Source: Dipteris shenzhenensis (taxonomy: Eukaryota). Taken from it: DNA of 64,000 nt. Each line of letters opens with the position of its first letter. Positions within the stretch are counted from its first letter, which is position 1. The notes beneath the pieces are model-generated. The model had not been told where the DNA came from. It saw only the letters and a program-made list of their open reading frames with translations, and made no database searches. This document shows, in pieces, positions 1 through 12,606 of the stretch. The DNA is taken from the NCBI GenBank assembly GCA_047967505.1, contig CM106538.1. One strand, written 5' to 3'. The position numbers were made by a program, and so were the translations under genes.

Positions 1-199
1 TTTGGAGTTATGATTGGTGTTTATTGTCTTAATTTTCAGACTACAATGTAGGTATCTTATAATAATTTTGCTTTATGCTCTCCTCGGTGTTAGGATCTTA
101 TAGAGACTTAATACTCACAAATATATTGCATGCAACCTGATTGCTCAATCGAGAAAAATGCAAAGTATATGAAACAAAGCCTACATAAAATAATGAAGT

Positions 200-1150
200 T
201 TTCACATAGAATGTCGACTGTGGTAGCCCCACTTCTCATGGCCCAAAATACCATTTATTAATGTCGACTTAGGACTCAGACCAAAGATACGGTTATCTGC
301 TCACCCTGACTGGATTTGTTCCAGATTTACATAGATTAGTGAATGATAGACTCGTAAGGATAACCAGTGAGCCATGCTTGATCTACAGCAGAATATGGAT
401 TCTTAACCGGACTCATAAGAGCTGCTCACTCAGATACGGAGCTATATACTCAGGGCAGCCTGCGCATGGCCAAAAAGAACTAGAAAGGTCCCAATCCTCC
501 AATTATGTAGGAGCCACGAATTGCCCTGCAAAATGCCAGCTGAGGCTTATCATATGCTGCCAGCCGTCATCCATGCAATGATCAATTGCCACGTACCAAA
601 TCCCATGTGATCAGCCTCCACTGTCTAGTCACCGAACCTAGAATCACCCTTTCATGATTTTAGCACAAAAACACCTCCCCATGAGGGAGTCTTAATGCCA
701 TAAACCCGACATACCCCCTACGACCAAATGGGAAGTCCATAAAAACAAATACTAGCAAACAAGGAAGAAGACTTGAGCACACCAATTGCATCTGAAACCC
801 GATCAACCCACCATCTGAAACAATTGCCAACACATAGCAATTCTGAAGCATGTTCTTGATCGGAAAGGCCCTATCCTCATTGAAAAGAATCCTAGTCACA
901 AGGTTGTCAAACTTTTCATTTGACAAAGACTAATCAGTGACCATTGCTTCCTCCTTCAATTTTCTCATCTCCTCATCTTTCTGCTTTTTGAAACAATCCT
1001 TTCAATATGACCAGGCTTACCACACTAATGGCACATACGGGAGTCATTCGTTTCGAAAATTTGTAGCTTTGCGCTTCTCCTTTAGCATATGCAAGATGTT
1101 GTATCTTATTTTAAATAAAGAAAGTGAACCAAAAAGATTCACCAGTAGCC
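200..1150 (-). pseudogene. Degenerate fragment resembling a beta-class N4C/N6A DNA methyltransferase (probably TE-borne)
   Basis: ORF 660..926 contains LVFVFMDFPFG (DFPF at 726-737, like catalytic motif IV DPPY/F). About 500 nt downstream another frame reads MRSGATTVDILCEN (239-200), resembling the GxxVxDxFxG SAM-binding motif I. Many stops and frameshifts. Confidence 0.3.
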
Positions 1151-1213
1151 ATTGAGGTGATTCTAGTGCCAATCTAGGTAGGGCCCATACTCTGTGTAGA
1201 TATGTCACTGTCT

Positions 1214-1246
<33 letters not shown>

Positions 1247-1406
1247 AGAGGAGAGAGGGAGGGAGGGTCCTTAGCTCCCAGATATCATTTGTCACCCAGA
1301 CATGTCTATTTTGGACAACATATTCACTTTTTTGAAGACAATTGGGTGTGAGAGTAAGCTCGGCTTCTCGCTATCCTCTTGCTGGATTTTGAGGTGGTGT
1401 AGACAT

Positions 1407-1697
1407 GGTGGATTGAGCTTTCTTGGAGGGCTCCAAGTGGAGGTTGGGTTTTTCGGATTGGGTGGGTATGGGAAATTCTACCATTTCTGGAGCTCTAGCC
1501 TCCTTGGCCCCTCAGTGTTTCTTTTCGTGGTAGAGACACTAGGGGTACGACAGGGTGGATTGGGCTTTCTCGGAGGGCTCCAAGTGGAGGTTGGGTTTTT
1601 CGGATTGGGTGGGTACGGGAAATTTCTGCCATTTTTGGAGGAAGCTCTAGCCTTGTTGGCCCCTCAGTCTTTCTTTTCGTGGTAGAGACACTAGGGT
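1407..1697. repeat. Two-copy tandem repeat, ~148 bp unit
   Basis: ggagggctccaagtggaggttgggtttttcggattgggtgggta...cttttcgtggtagagacactaggg occurs twice; the duplicated peptide is visible in ORF 1302..1685. Confidence 0.9.
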
Positions 1698-3961
1698 ATT
1701 TTCTCCGTTCTTGAGCAGCTAGTGTAGTCAGTGTGCCTCCCAATCTGATGGGAGAGTAATTGGACTTAGGGTTTACAGAAGATAGTAGATACATCTTTGT
1801 ATGGGAAAGCTCACCTGAGAGCCTAGAAAGGGTTTGTCTCTCCCCTCCCTAGATGTGTACTGTTTGGCCTTGGGAACCAAGATCCCTGAGGGTAGATGAT
1901 GGTAAACTTGGGGTGTGGGTTTGGATATTTTAGTAGAGTGTCTTGTGCAAGCTTCTCTATTGGAGCTTGGCCAAGCTCTTTATGGTAGGGTGAGTGTTAG
2001 TGGTGAACTAGGTCCTTTTGGCAAGAGCTTAGCCCATGGCCTTTGCAGGTGCTTTCAAAGGGGGTGTATGGGGCAACTGAGATGCTTGGTGCACAATTAT
2101 TTGTGGGCAAGGTGGGATGGCACATAGAATACTTGGGCCAGGGTCGCTTGGAAGATAGGGATTCTTCCCTAGGTAGAGGGAGATCTCGGCATCATCAATC
2201 TAGGGTGCAGAGCAAGGCAATGTTGGGGAAGCTTATTGTTAAGGGTTTTACCGCATGTTCTGAATCTTGCTCTAGTAGGGGCTTCTAAGGAACATGCCAG
2301 ACAATGGCATTAGTCTCATTGTGAAACTTCACAGACGTCCCTCTCATAGGGAAGGGCTCACCACTGATGTAGAGCTTGATGAGAGTGTGATGGCATCTCG
2401 AAGGCAGCCTTATTTGAGCTAGCTCTTAGGTTATTGATGGGTTCAAGTGATAGTCCCCAATCTTGCACATGAATGTCCATGACTAGGGGGGTCATACGCT
2501 GAGGCAACACATGCACATAGGATGGGCATAGTGGGATGGTGGTTCGGTGTAATAGGAGCATGGAGATGGCACTTTGAGGAGCTTGAGGAGAGGTTGAGCG
2601 TACTCGTCCACTTGGGAGGGCAAGTAGCATGATTCACGAGTTTGAGGAGGCCATCCTAGAGGCTTGGTGGAAGGGGCTTTCCAGGACCCTAGATGCCCGA
2701 GACCCTCCACACTGGTTCGGGTTGGATAGGAGCTGATCTCAGAGTGTCTTCTACCTACAACAGGACCACAATGAGCCCTATCCACTTTTCTTGAGTATCA
2801 GCTCATGTGCATTCCTCCCAATTAAATTCAGAGCAACGAGATAGGCCCAAGAGAGGAGAGGCTCTTAGACTCAGTAGAGTGGTAGAGGATCATAGTAGTT
2901 GGGTTGGAGTGGAGTTGGATCATCGACTCCACCCGTTTTCTGTATGGGGAGGATCTTATGGGATTGCATGAGGTACAGTGGAATTTAGGTGGGTGGTTCT
3001 GGTCTTCTAGGGTAGGGCATGGGAAGCAAGTGGTGGATGTTCCCTTCTTTTCCTACACCACCGCATTGTTAGATGGATTGAGCATGGATGCATTTGCGTG
3101 GACCCCTTCATGAGATTGGCATAGGCTCTAGTAGCAGGTGTCGCATGAAGTCGTTACCAAGCTTTGCGCTCACCTTTAGACTATCCTCTGCACGAGGAAG
3201 ATCTCTTACTACTTCTGGCTGGTAGCTTATGGGGGGCTGCCCGTAGCACCATAGTTGGAGGAGATGAGATTGCATAGGGTGTGTCACCTACACCCCACTG
3301 GCCACTTGAGACCAATGCCCGGAGGGGTCTAGGAACACTGCCAAAAGTTGGGAGCGTCTCCACAAGGCATGGGCTGTAGGCATTTTTTGCATTCACACAT
3401 TGAGGAATCGGCTGGTTGTATAGTCCCCCACCCTGGTTGTTGGCACTTGTTTCCAGAACAATCTAGGCAGTGAGTTGGGGTCTTGAGAAGCAGCCAGCTG
3501 CCCTTTTTGATTGGCCTAGCGTTCAATGGATTGCTGATCTCTATTGTTTTCTCATTTTCTAATAGAAGGTTCTTTCTTTTTTTTTTGGCGGGGGGGGGGG
3601 GGATTTGTGTCTATAGTAATAGTATGTGTTTTTCTGGTACAACATATTGTTTTAATGTTGCCACCTGGAGGCATGTAACTTCATATATTCCTCCTTTCCC
3701 TTGTGGCTTCTTGTTATTTCCATCTCATGTCTCTTCTAAACAGGTGTCGCTTTTGTACTTTTTGTTTTTGTACTTCATACTGGATTTTTACCTCTTTTTG
3801 ACGTTTCCCACACAGTAATATAAAGTACTACAAAAAAAAAGGAGTGCGTGTGCATATAGTCCTAAGAGAATCCAGATCCTAGATAGAAGGGTGAAGTGCC
3901 CTATGGCTGCTCTCAAATTGACTATATTATCCTTTTTGTAATGATTTTATAAATAAAAATT

Positions 3962-4004
<43 letters not shown>

Positions 4005-4560
4005 CTTGGAAGGCCTCATGGGCCTATTGGACAAAGTACATCAGGAGAAGAAACTCACCTTGCTGAGTGCTATGCTAAGCTTTAGAGCTCAGAGTCAAAA
4101 CTCAAAATTGAAAACTGACAGAATCTGAAACCCTGTGCTGTGGCGGCTCTCCGATGGGCTGCAAAGAGATCCTGTGTCAACCTGTCTCTCGCTGTGGCAG
4201 AGGACGTGGTCTCCTCAACCAATGTATCTGATGGGCTATGTCAAGAGTGATGTCTCGTCGCTGGCGGTCTCCTCTAGGGAGAGCTGAGTAGACCTTGATA
4301 GTGTGTGCTTTGTTCACTCTCTGTGTCGTGTGTGGTGTCTATGTCTTGGGCTTGGCAGCATTGAGTCGTCTCTCCCTGCTGATCCATGCTGCCCTGGTGT
4401 CAGGTAACTTCTCCTCCACCCCACTATGTCGTGGAGCTGTCAATGTGCTTGGTCTACTTCAGCCTCCTACGCCGCGGTCATCCATCTCAATCTTGTCTTG
4501 CTGTGCTGTCGCTGCTCAATTTGATAGAGCCCAATGCAGACCTGGTCATGGAAGTGGATC

Positions 4561-4602
<42 letters not shown>

Positions 4603-5246
4603 ATCTAATGTCCATTGGAGACGCAATGGATTTATGGGACAGTTAAAATACTAACTGCAGTGCCAAATCCCATCAAAATTGATATGCAAGCCAGATAAAA
4701 GATGCTTGTGTCTATTGACTTTAGAGCTGATCTAACCAGGTTAGATGCGATTTCAAGGACTAGGTGCTCTAGTATTGACTGTGGGTCTGAGCCGAGTTGT
4801 TTGGGTGACTGGTTGAAGACATTGTGCGAGTCCCTGAATTGAGAGAGAGAAAGAAAGTTTATTGAAGTCTTCGGAAGACCGATGGGTCTATGGGACTCTG
4901 AAAATCCTGGTACAAACGAATTGTGAGGGTGAAGCTACTAAAACAAGCATCCACACCAATGCAGAATGCAAAGAAATGCAAAATGGTAGTACTAAGTACA
5001 ACATAGTCATGTCAATGGTCGACTATTATCAATCTCATCATCATCATCATCACCAACATCGTCAACATCATCAGTGCATCAGGATGGACGAGGCAATGGA
5101 GGCATGAACGCGGCAATACATACATACATACATACATACATACAGACAGACAGACAGACAGACAGACAGGGGGGGGAGGGGGAGCAATTGGTTGTAATCG
5201 TAAGTGCTTTGTTGACTTTTAATAATATCATCTTTCTCGTTTGCAG

Positions 5247-5423
5247 GTGTGATGTCTACAGCTTTGGTGTGATCTTGTGGGAGCTAGCCACACTGCAACA
5301 ACCTTGGAGTGGGATAAACCCAATGCAAGTAGTGGGAGCTGTTGGGTTCCAGAATCGGCGTCTTGAAATCCCTGTGAATTTAGAGCCTTCTGTGGCTAGA
5401 ATCATCTGGGACTGTTGGCAAAG
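5247..5423 (+). CDS. Penultimate coding exon of a B3 Raf-like MAPKKK (EDR1/SIS8/CTR1-like), kinase subdomains IX-X
   Basis: Translates (K)[58 protein letters not shown]. Acceptor ttgcag ends at 5246; donor gtttgt at 5424. Confidence 0.95.
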
Positions 5424-5557
5424 GTTTGTGATATCAGCTTTCTCTTGTTTGTTATATGCCAGAGTTAATATGTGCCTGTACCAGGATGTGTGTGTGTGTG
5501 TGAGTGAGGAAGAGAGAGAGGGGGGGTTGACTGACAGTTTTTTATTTTGCTGGATAG

Positions 5558-5633
5558 CGATCCTGGCTTGCGCCCTTCATTTTCTGAGCTTTTGGTCGCT
5601 CTCAAGCCACTTCAAAGATTGCTTAGGGACTGA
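5558..5633 (+). CDS. Terminal coding exon of the B3 Raf-like kinase (subdomain XI)
   Basis: Acceptor ggatag ends at 5557. Splices in frame to give [25 protein letters not shown], with TGA at 5631-5633; the intron is 134 nt, GT-AG. Confidence 0.93.
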
Positions 5634-7052
5634 TTTGCTGCTAGTTTGTGGGGCACCACCATAGCTCTGCAATATGTACATGTTGCTGCCTCAAGGACAA
5701 AAGGGCAGGTGTTGCTGGTTGAAGCTTCTTCTGGCTGTAACTTCACATCAGAGCTATATTTGTTCTTTTTCAACCTGGCGCATGGTGAAGCAAATGTAGT
5801 GAAGTTGGGGGTGTTGGTTGGATCCAGAAGAGGCAAAACATGCAGTGGTTTGGTATGTTTTTGCTGACTAACGCAAACTGGACACTGCTAAATGAGCAGA
5901 TTCCAGGAGTTGTCTAGCTAGATAAATATTATGACAACTGGCCATCAATTTATACAATACTTTGTAGGTTGGTGGATGGGACAGTTTCAAGGGGAGTCCC
6001 TGTTATGAAATGGCTAGAAAGGCCAAATGGGTGTACGAAAGGTGTGCACCCTGTTATCTGCAAAATTTACAAATTCCCACATAGCTAAACTTCTGAGCGC
6101 AAAAAGAAGCTGCAGAAGTGCTTAAAGGCTTTGGTTGGCATTTGTCAGAAATTTGTAACAAATTGATTCTGATCACTTGTCAATAAATAAAATTTTAAAT
6201 TGTAGCGACTGTTTTGTATGATTAAGGGCGGTGAAAAAGCCACTGGTGAGTGTTAAGGGCTGCCGTGCAGGTAGTGAAAATTCAATTGTGATAGGTTTGG
6301 CAGCAAAAGATTGGCTGCAATCCTTTGTTCAACGATTAAAGGATGGAAAATATTGTACCTTGGATATTTAACTTGAGGATCAGATGATATATGGGGCTTT
6401 CAAAATATTTTGAAAACAAGATTTTGTACAAATATTGATTGGTTGTAGCACGTTGTAGTTCCACTGAGCGATTCCAATAAGACAAATGATTTGGTTAATC
6501 AAAGCATAGCAAGGTTTAGAGAGATCAGGGCTCGTGTAATTGGTTTTCATGTTTTGCATGCATGCTCGCTGCACAGTCATAAGTTATGGTTTACCATCAT
6601 TGCAATCAACTACCAATCATTTGCTTTAAGCACTTTTGAAATTTCCTTGATGCTTTTGAGTCTCCAATAACTGGTGTCAATGTCAATTTTGAATTTGGAA
6701 GTGTATTGTCCAGTTGTGCTTTGAGCCTGGCTTTGTATCCTTTGTAGCTTTGTAATTACTGGTGTGCTGTAATCTGTGAATCGTGTTCCCTGTATCCTTT
6801 GTGTTAAGCTAAATTGTCGCCTGCAATGTTTATCTAGTGCTTAGCAAGATTCATCTGAGTTAAGTAGAGCCATTATAAGATGCAAACATGATACATAAGT
6901 AGAGCCATTATGAGTTAGGGACAGCCACAAACATGATACAATACATGAGTTAAGTAGAGCCACTCTCTGAGATGCAAACATGATATAATATAATCTAAGG
7001 GCTCACCATCATGTTTAATATGCCAAACCATAGGTAAATTTAATATAACTCG

Positions 7053-7713
7053 ACAAATTTTGATTGTTTAGCTCTCAAAAGTGTAATTGATATCATGGAA
7101 ACTCTATTATCAAGCTAGATCCACACCACAAACTTTCAATTGTCGAGGCAACAAAAGATTATATATTTTTTGATGTTGCTCTATAAGAAAATACAAGTTT
7201 TGTGGGTAACAAAGACAACAAAGATGAGAGAGAGAGAGAGAGAGAGAGAACAAAACCACATTGTTGCATAATATTACAATAGATGGCAACCACTTCCTAG
7301 TTGTGTGCTTTAGTGATGGAGCCCCAAACTATATTGCTTTTAATTGATACAATAGATAACAACCGCTTCCCAGTCTTCTGCTTTAATGAAGAAGCTTCGA
7401 TGTATGATAGGCAAGTGCAAGGGTGATAGAAATTGAATATGTGGTTTATATTATTCTATGAATTGTATTTTGCATACTCTTGTAATTTCTTTTAAATGTA
7501 TATAAATTTGGTTTAACCAGACAAATTTCCATTGTTTTAGCTCTTCTATGTGATTGATATCATGGAAACTCTATTATTATGTAAGATTCATGCCACAAAC
7601 TTCAGGTTGTCAAGGTAACTATGTTTTCTTGATGTTGCCTCTGTAAAGAAAATATAACTTTTGTGTGTAACACAAGCAACAAGATCTTTGTAGATGAGCA
7701 AGAGTGCGTGTAC

Positions 7714-7744
<31 letters not shown>

Positions 7745-7745
7745 C
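7053..7745. repeat. Diverged direct duplication (~200-220 bp units, ~470 bp apart), each ending in (AG)n
   Basis: acaaattt..attgtttt?agctct..gtga?ttgatatcatggaaactctattat at ~7053 and ~7521. Confidence 0.75.
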
Positions 7746-8889
7746 GCAAAACTAGATGCCACTTTTGTGGTGATAGGAAACATTGCTCTTGATTGGCATT
7801 GAATTCGCTTTCAAAATGAACTTAGATGGACAATTTTCCCTATATGTGTCTTCCAAAAACATGCTTTCAATTTGTTTTAAAAACCAAAACCTCAACTGGT
7901 GCTTGAAAATACGTGCTTTGATAGTGTGAAGCTAGGCCTAGTGGTGCTTCAAACCATACCTTGATTGGATAAATGGATGAAGCAATATGGGCTTTAGAAA
8001 ATTAACAAAGGAATGGGAGGGACTTTGGGATGATGCCATGTGGGCACAGACTCATGGGATATATCCCACATATATTATTTCCCCCTTGAATGCTAAGAGG
8101 GCCCGTGAAGGCTAAGAGGGAGGAGAGTTGAGAGGTTTTCTATACTCCATGCAAAGGAGGAGATGGATAGAGCTTGAGAAGAGTTGAGAGCAAGGTTGAG
8201 CTTAGCTTAGTATCTAGTTAGTTAAAATCTCAAACTAGTTGATTGGATTGCTAGTCAATAGGAAACCAACCAATTATGAATTTAGACTTTTTAGTGATAT
8301 TGCTAGTCAATATTTGGTTAGAACTTCATTATTGGTTTGATTGCCATTCAATATGAAACTTCCTTGGACATTGATCGTGAGCTTGAGAGTTGAGATGACC
8401 TCATGGGATATTGCCATGTATCTTCCTCTATGATGATTTGAGTTTTGAATTGTCTACTTGCTAACATAAAAGTTATGTTGTATTTTCCTCTATACTAATT
8501 GGGTTTTGATTGGGTTTCTTGCTAACCTAAATGCTATCATGCCATAATAACATTTTTAATGACAAAAATAAGTTGCTTTTGGCTTGTGTTGCCATGTGTG
8601 ATGGCAGTCTATGCATCCCACCTCATGAACTTGCACTAACACCATTACCATTGGAGTTTGCATGATTATTGATTGTGATTTGTGGTTATGGGTAGCACTA
8701 CATGTGGCAATCTTTTACAATTATTTGATTATATTTCATTGCCCCATTGATAGCTCCCATTGAGGTCTATTTGATTATATTTTGAAAAGATCAAGCTACA
8801 CTCTATGGGACCCGATCACAAGTACAAAGCAAAAGTAAAATCTAAAAAGTACAATTGCTCGTGTGCTAATGTTGTAGAACTCAGGCTAA

Positions 8890-11800
8890 GAAGCTGATTC
8901 TAATGGGTAGGAATTTGTGCCATTTACGATTTGCTTCAATACCCAAGTATTTGCCTCAATACTTTGTCCTAAGTATGTGATCTGTGGCATCTCCTTAGGC
9001 TGAATTGTTTTAGCTACCATAGTCTTTGTCTTCCTCACATTGATAGATGGGCAACTGCTATCATAGAATGGTTCCAAAATATGCATCAACTTCTAAAGGT
9101 CCACCTAGTTATACGGAAAGATTGCTACATCATTTGCATACATAAGAAATAGGAGAGTGTATAATCCTACGTGAGGGCCAATATGTCCTTCTTCCTCTGC
9201 AAAATTCATAACCATGGTTTCTAGCTCACTTATGCCTAGCCCACATAAAGTGGGTGAGACTAGGCATCCTAATTTACCCTCATGTTGTTGAGGAAAGGTC
9301 GCATTAAACCTTCGTGCATCATGAGTTGAGATCTGACACACTTATAAAGGTGAGCTACTACTCTTCTATAGCTTTTGGGCACCATGACCAAAACTTTTGC
9401 ATGGTACAACCTTTGATACGGCCTTTGATACAGTATCATTGCAAAAGGCTTTTGATACAGCCTTTTTAAAATCCATAAATCAACAAAATAGACGCTTGCC
9501 ACCACAGAGATAGCTTTCCTCGATAAGCACTCGAATGGTGACAAAATGATTAGTAGTGCTATGGTGTGGTCTAAAACTTGTTCTTATGCTCTCTTTGCCA
9601 TGGTCTCTACCCATTTGTTGAGTTTTTGTTCTACAATGGTGCTAAGAGCTTTGCTATGCTAAAGCCAACCATTATGGTTCTAAATTGGTTTTTTTGTCCC
9701 CCCCTTTAAAGATTGGCTATACCCAGTTTTCCTACCATTCATACGAGGGAAACCATCCATTCCGGTGCATCACTTGACCATTTCAACAACTTAGCACTAA
9801 TTTCCACAACATAGCACTCATTTTTAGTGTATCTACGGCCTTCCCATTAGTGAGCCTTTTCATCCACTTCTACTAGATAGAACAAATTTTCTCTTGTGTT
9901 CTAAGTTTCAAACGGTCTGCATTTGTTTCATTTCCTCATGTACGTAGAGATGCTTGGCATAATTCAGCATATCTAAGGTTGATAAATCTCCCATGATATG
10001 CTTTGGTTTCCCTGTACTTGCCTCCAAAATCTCCATGGATGGGTGGCAAGTATGTAGCTTGTTCATGTTCTTGTGCTATCTCAAATTATCTATGTTTCCT
10101 TTGAGTCATAAAATGCTAAATTCTATGGGTCTCATCTCATTCCTTGCCCTCTAGCACATTGCCTTTAGCCGCTTTGCACAAACCATTTGTGACATGGGAG
10201 AGAGGTGCTCTTCCTCTTGCATGACTTAAGGCATTCAATTGCACAATTAGAAATGGCATTGCACAATATAGTCCTCTACTGACACATGCATGTTTTGCCT
10301 CTTGGAGTCTACCATCAATTGCTTCAACATATTGGGTTGCCACCCTGGGCTACCACCCTATCTAGTCTCATGTTAGGCATCCCCATGCAGTTAACCTCCC
10401 TTGCGTCTCTCTTCATAACAACGTTGCCTAACACCTCAATGCAAAGCGGTTTGTGGTCAAAGTCTAGAGTGAGGAAGTCAATTTGGAATGACATAATCCG
10501 TGAAAGAGCCCCTTCATGAACAAGGGCATAATCAACTACTCTTTCCGCTCTGGTGCTAGTTGCATGTCTAACCACTGTGCCATTATTTTGTTCCATTCAT
10601 GACCAGCATACGAATGCTATGAACTATGTAAATGAGAGATTACTGATGTGATGTGACATCCGCCTCAATGTCAGCTGACATTCTATCCCACGAATTCCAA
10701 TGCATCCCCTTGATCCATCCATAATGGTCTAGAGTAAATAAGGTTGTTGGTGCCTATTTGCATGTTCTCGATGCAAGCCTTGAGATATGTAAAAATCATC
10801 ACATTCCCATGATTACAAAATATGTAGTGCTGGCACAAAGGTCAGCGTAAGGGTCCAAGTGATCTAGGGAGAATGTGTTATAGTAATTAGAGTCGTGATG
10901 TGGGATGTAATATCTGACCACATAAAGATGCCAACCATCCCCATCAATGCGAATCTAGATGTATTTTTTATAAGCATCATAGTTTATCAGTTGTATGCTT
11001 GTGTACCACTCCCTCTTCATTATGCATGCTATGCTTCCTTTTTTGCCCCTACAAAGTTGCCAAATGGAATTAACATCATAGCCTTCAAGGTCCAAAATGC
11101 GATACACATCATGTTCCCAAGTTTTGGCAAAAAATATGACATCAACGTCTTTGTTTAAGTAGTGTAAACCCGAAACTTGGTGCCACAAATAACTTGTGCA
11201 GTCCAAAAAATAATATCGACCTTGCATTGCATGGACCGCATCTTACTATGCTGCCCTTGTTTTGGTGTTGATGTGGGATTTAAAGTCCCTAATCTATGCT
11301 TGCCCATCTCGATAAGATGCCCATTTTCCTACTTTGCATGCTTCCTCACTTTGGTGAATTCACTATTTCTTTGTTTGAGTGAGCTCCTCAGATATTCAAA
11401 TCTTTATACCTCTTAGCTTATGTGTTTGTCTGAGGATCTTAACTTTTGCTACCCTCCATCTGAAGTACACTTGTGTTTGTGTGCCCTTTCAACTTATATT
11501 ACATATATCATTCTCGTCCCATTCAACTTGTGGTACTTCCTTCTTAAGACATATGATTATGTCATTTGTGTATTTCTCCTCATCATCATGAAGGAATCCA
11601 TATTTCAACACCCCAACTTGTACGATTGTTCTATTTTTAATTCTAGATTCTTTTTCTTTCACTTGCATGGAAAGATCTATGTTATTCACTTTGTTGTTTA
11701 CATTAGCAATCACCTCTTGCTTCATTGATTTCACTTGAGTGGTAACCATTTCCTATACATTAGAAACCAATTCTAGTAAGGTGAAGATGCATTGCATCTG

Positions 11801-12515
11801 TGTAGTGACTCATGGATGACTTTTTGCTTTCCATTGCCTTCATATCAAGAACTCTTTTGTCTAGAGCTGGAAGCAGAAGCTTTAACTCCTTGAAAATTTG
11901 AAGCTCTAGATAATAAATACACTCCTGTGGATTTCAAATGGTCTTCATCCTTTGATATGTCTTTGTGCTCGGAGTTGGGGGAAAAGATCCCACTTGAGTA
12001 TGAAATCCTATTGCTCAAGGTCAAGGTAGCAAATTTCATGTTGGTAGGCTCCATGTTGGTTTGCATAGACATGGTTGCCCCAATGTTGGTCCTAACCTCT
12101 AGGTTGGGCTAGGGATTCAGCTCAACCTAGAGTTGGTGAGGTGAACCAAAGTGAAACCAAAGAGGAGTGCAATGAGCTGAGGCTGATAAGAAAAAAGGGC
12201 TTGATGGTGTTGAAATTGAAACCAACTTTGTGAAGAACTTTTTTGGTGGCACCTATTGACTTGACATCTTGTCTATCAAACAAGAGAGTTTGAGCTCCGG
12301 ACTGACGACTCCACGATGTTGAACGAGGTTGAACAAAGAGGTGGGTGGGTTGAGGGCCGAACAGCTTGATAGAGGCATCTTGAGGAAGGGAGGTGACTTG
12401 AGGAAAGGGGGTGAAATGGGCTAAGATGAGGTGGTCAGAGGGGAAGGGGAGAAAAAAAACCGGCTAAGAGTTGGGAGCTCGATTTGAGGCGGCCTGAGAG
12501 AGAAATGAGCTAAGG
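8890..12515 (-). mobile_element. Decayed non-LTR retrotransposon (APE + RT), not L1-like (RTE-X/L2/CR1-type)
   Basis: Endonuclease motifs IFFAKTWEH (10955..11227) and VVDYAL...DHKPL (10324..10596). RT motifs YFVDL, GCLVSPTLCGL (QGCPLSPTLF-like), MYANDVAIF (YADD-like) and ITYLG. Coiled ORF1-like remnant at 11.4-11.75 kb. Boundaries approximate. Confidence 0.85.
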
Positions 12516-12517
12516 CA

Positions 12518-12520
<3 letters not shown>

Positions 12521-12604
<84 letters not shown>
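12521..12604. repeat. Compound microsatellite (TG)n(AG)n
   Basis: Read directly from the sequence. Confidence 0.98.

Positions 12605-12606
<2 letters not shown>

Noticed and set aside
235-285. KSTLINGILG on minus, like a P-loop GTPase
   Set aside because: No GxxxxGK (reads SPKST) and no G3/G4 motifs.
1700-3530. Minus-strand Cys/Pro-rich ORF fragments as a LINE ORF1 or gene
   Set aside because: No diagnostic motif could be read; left unannotated.
5247-5633. Assigning the symbol CTR1 or EDR1
   Set aside because: [12 protein letters not shown] indicates a B3 RAF of the EDR1/SIS8 type, but two exons cannot establish orthology.
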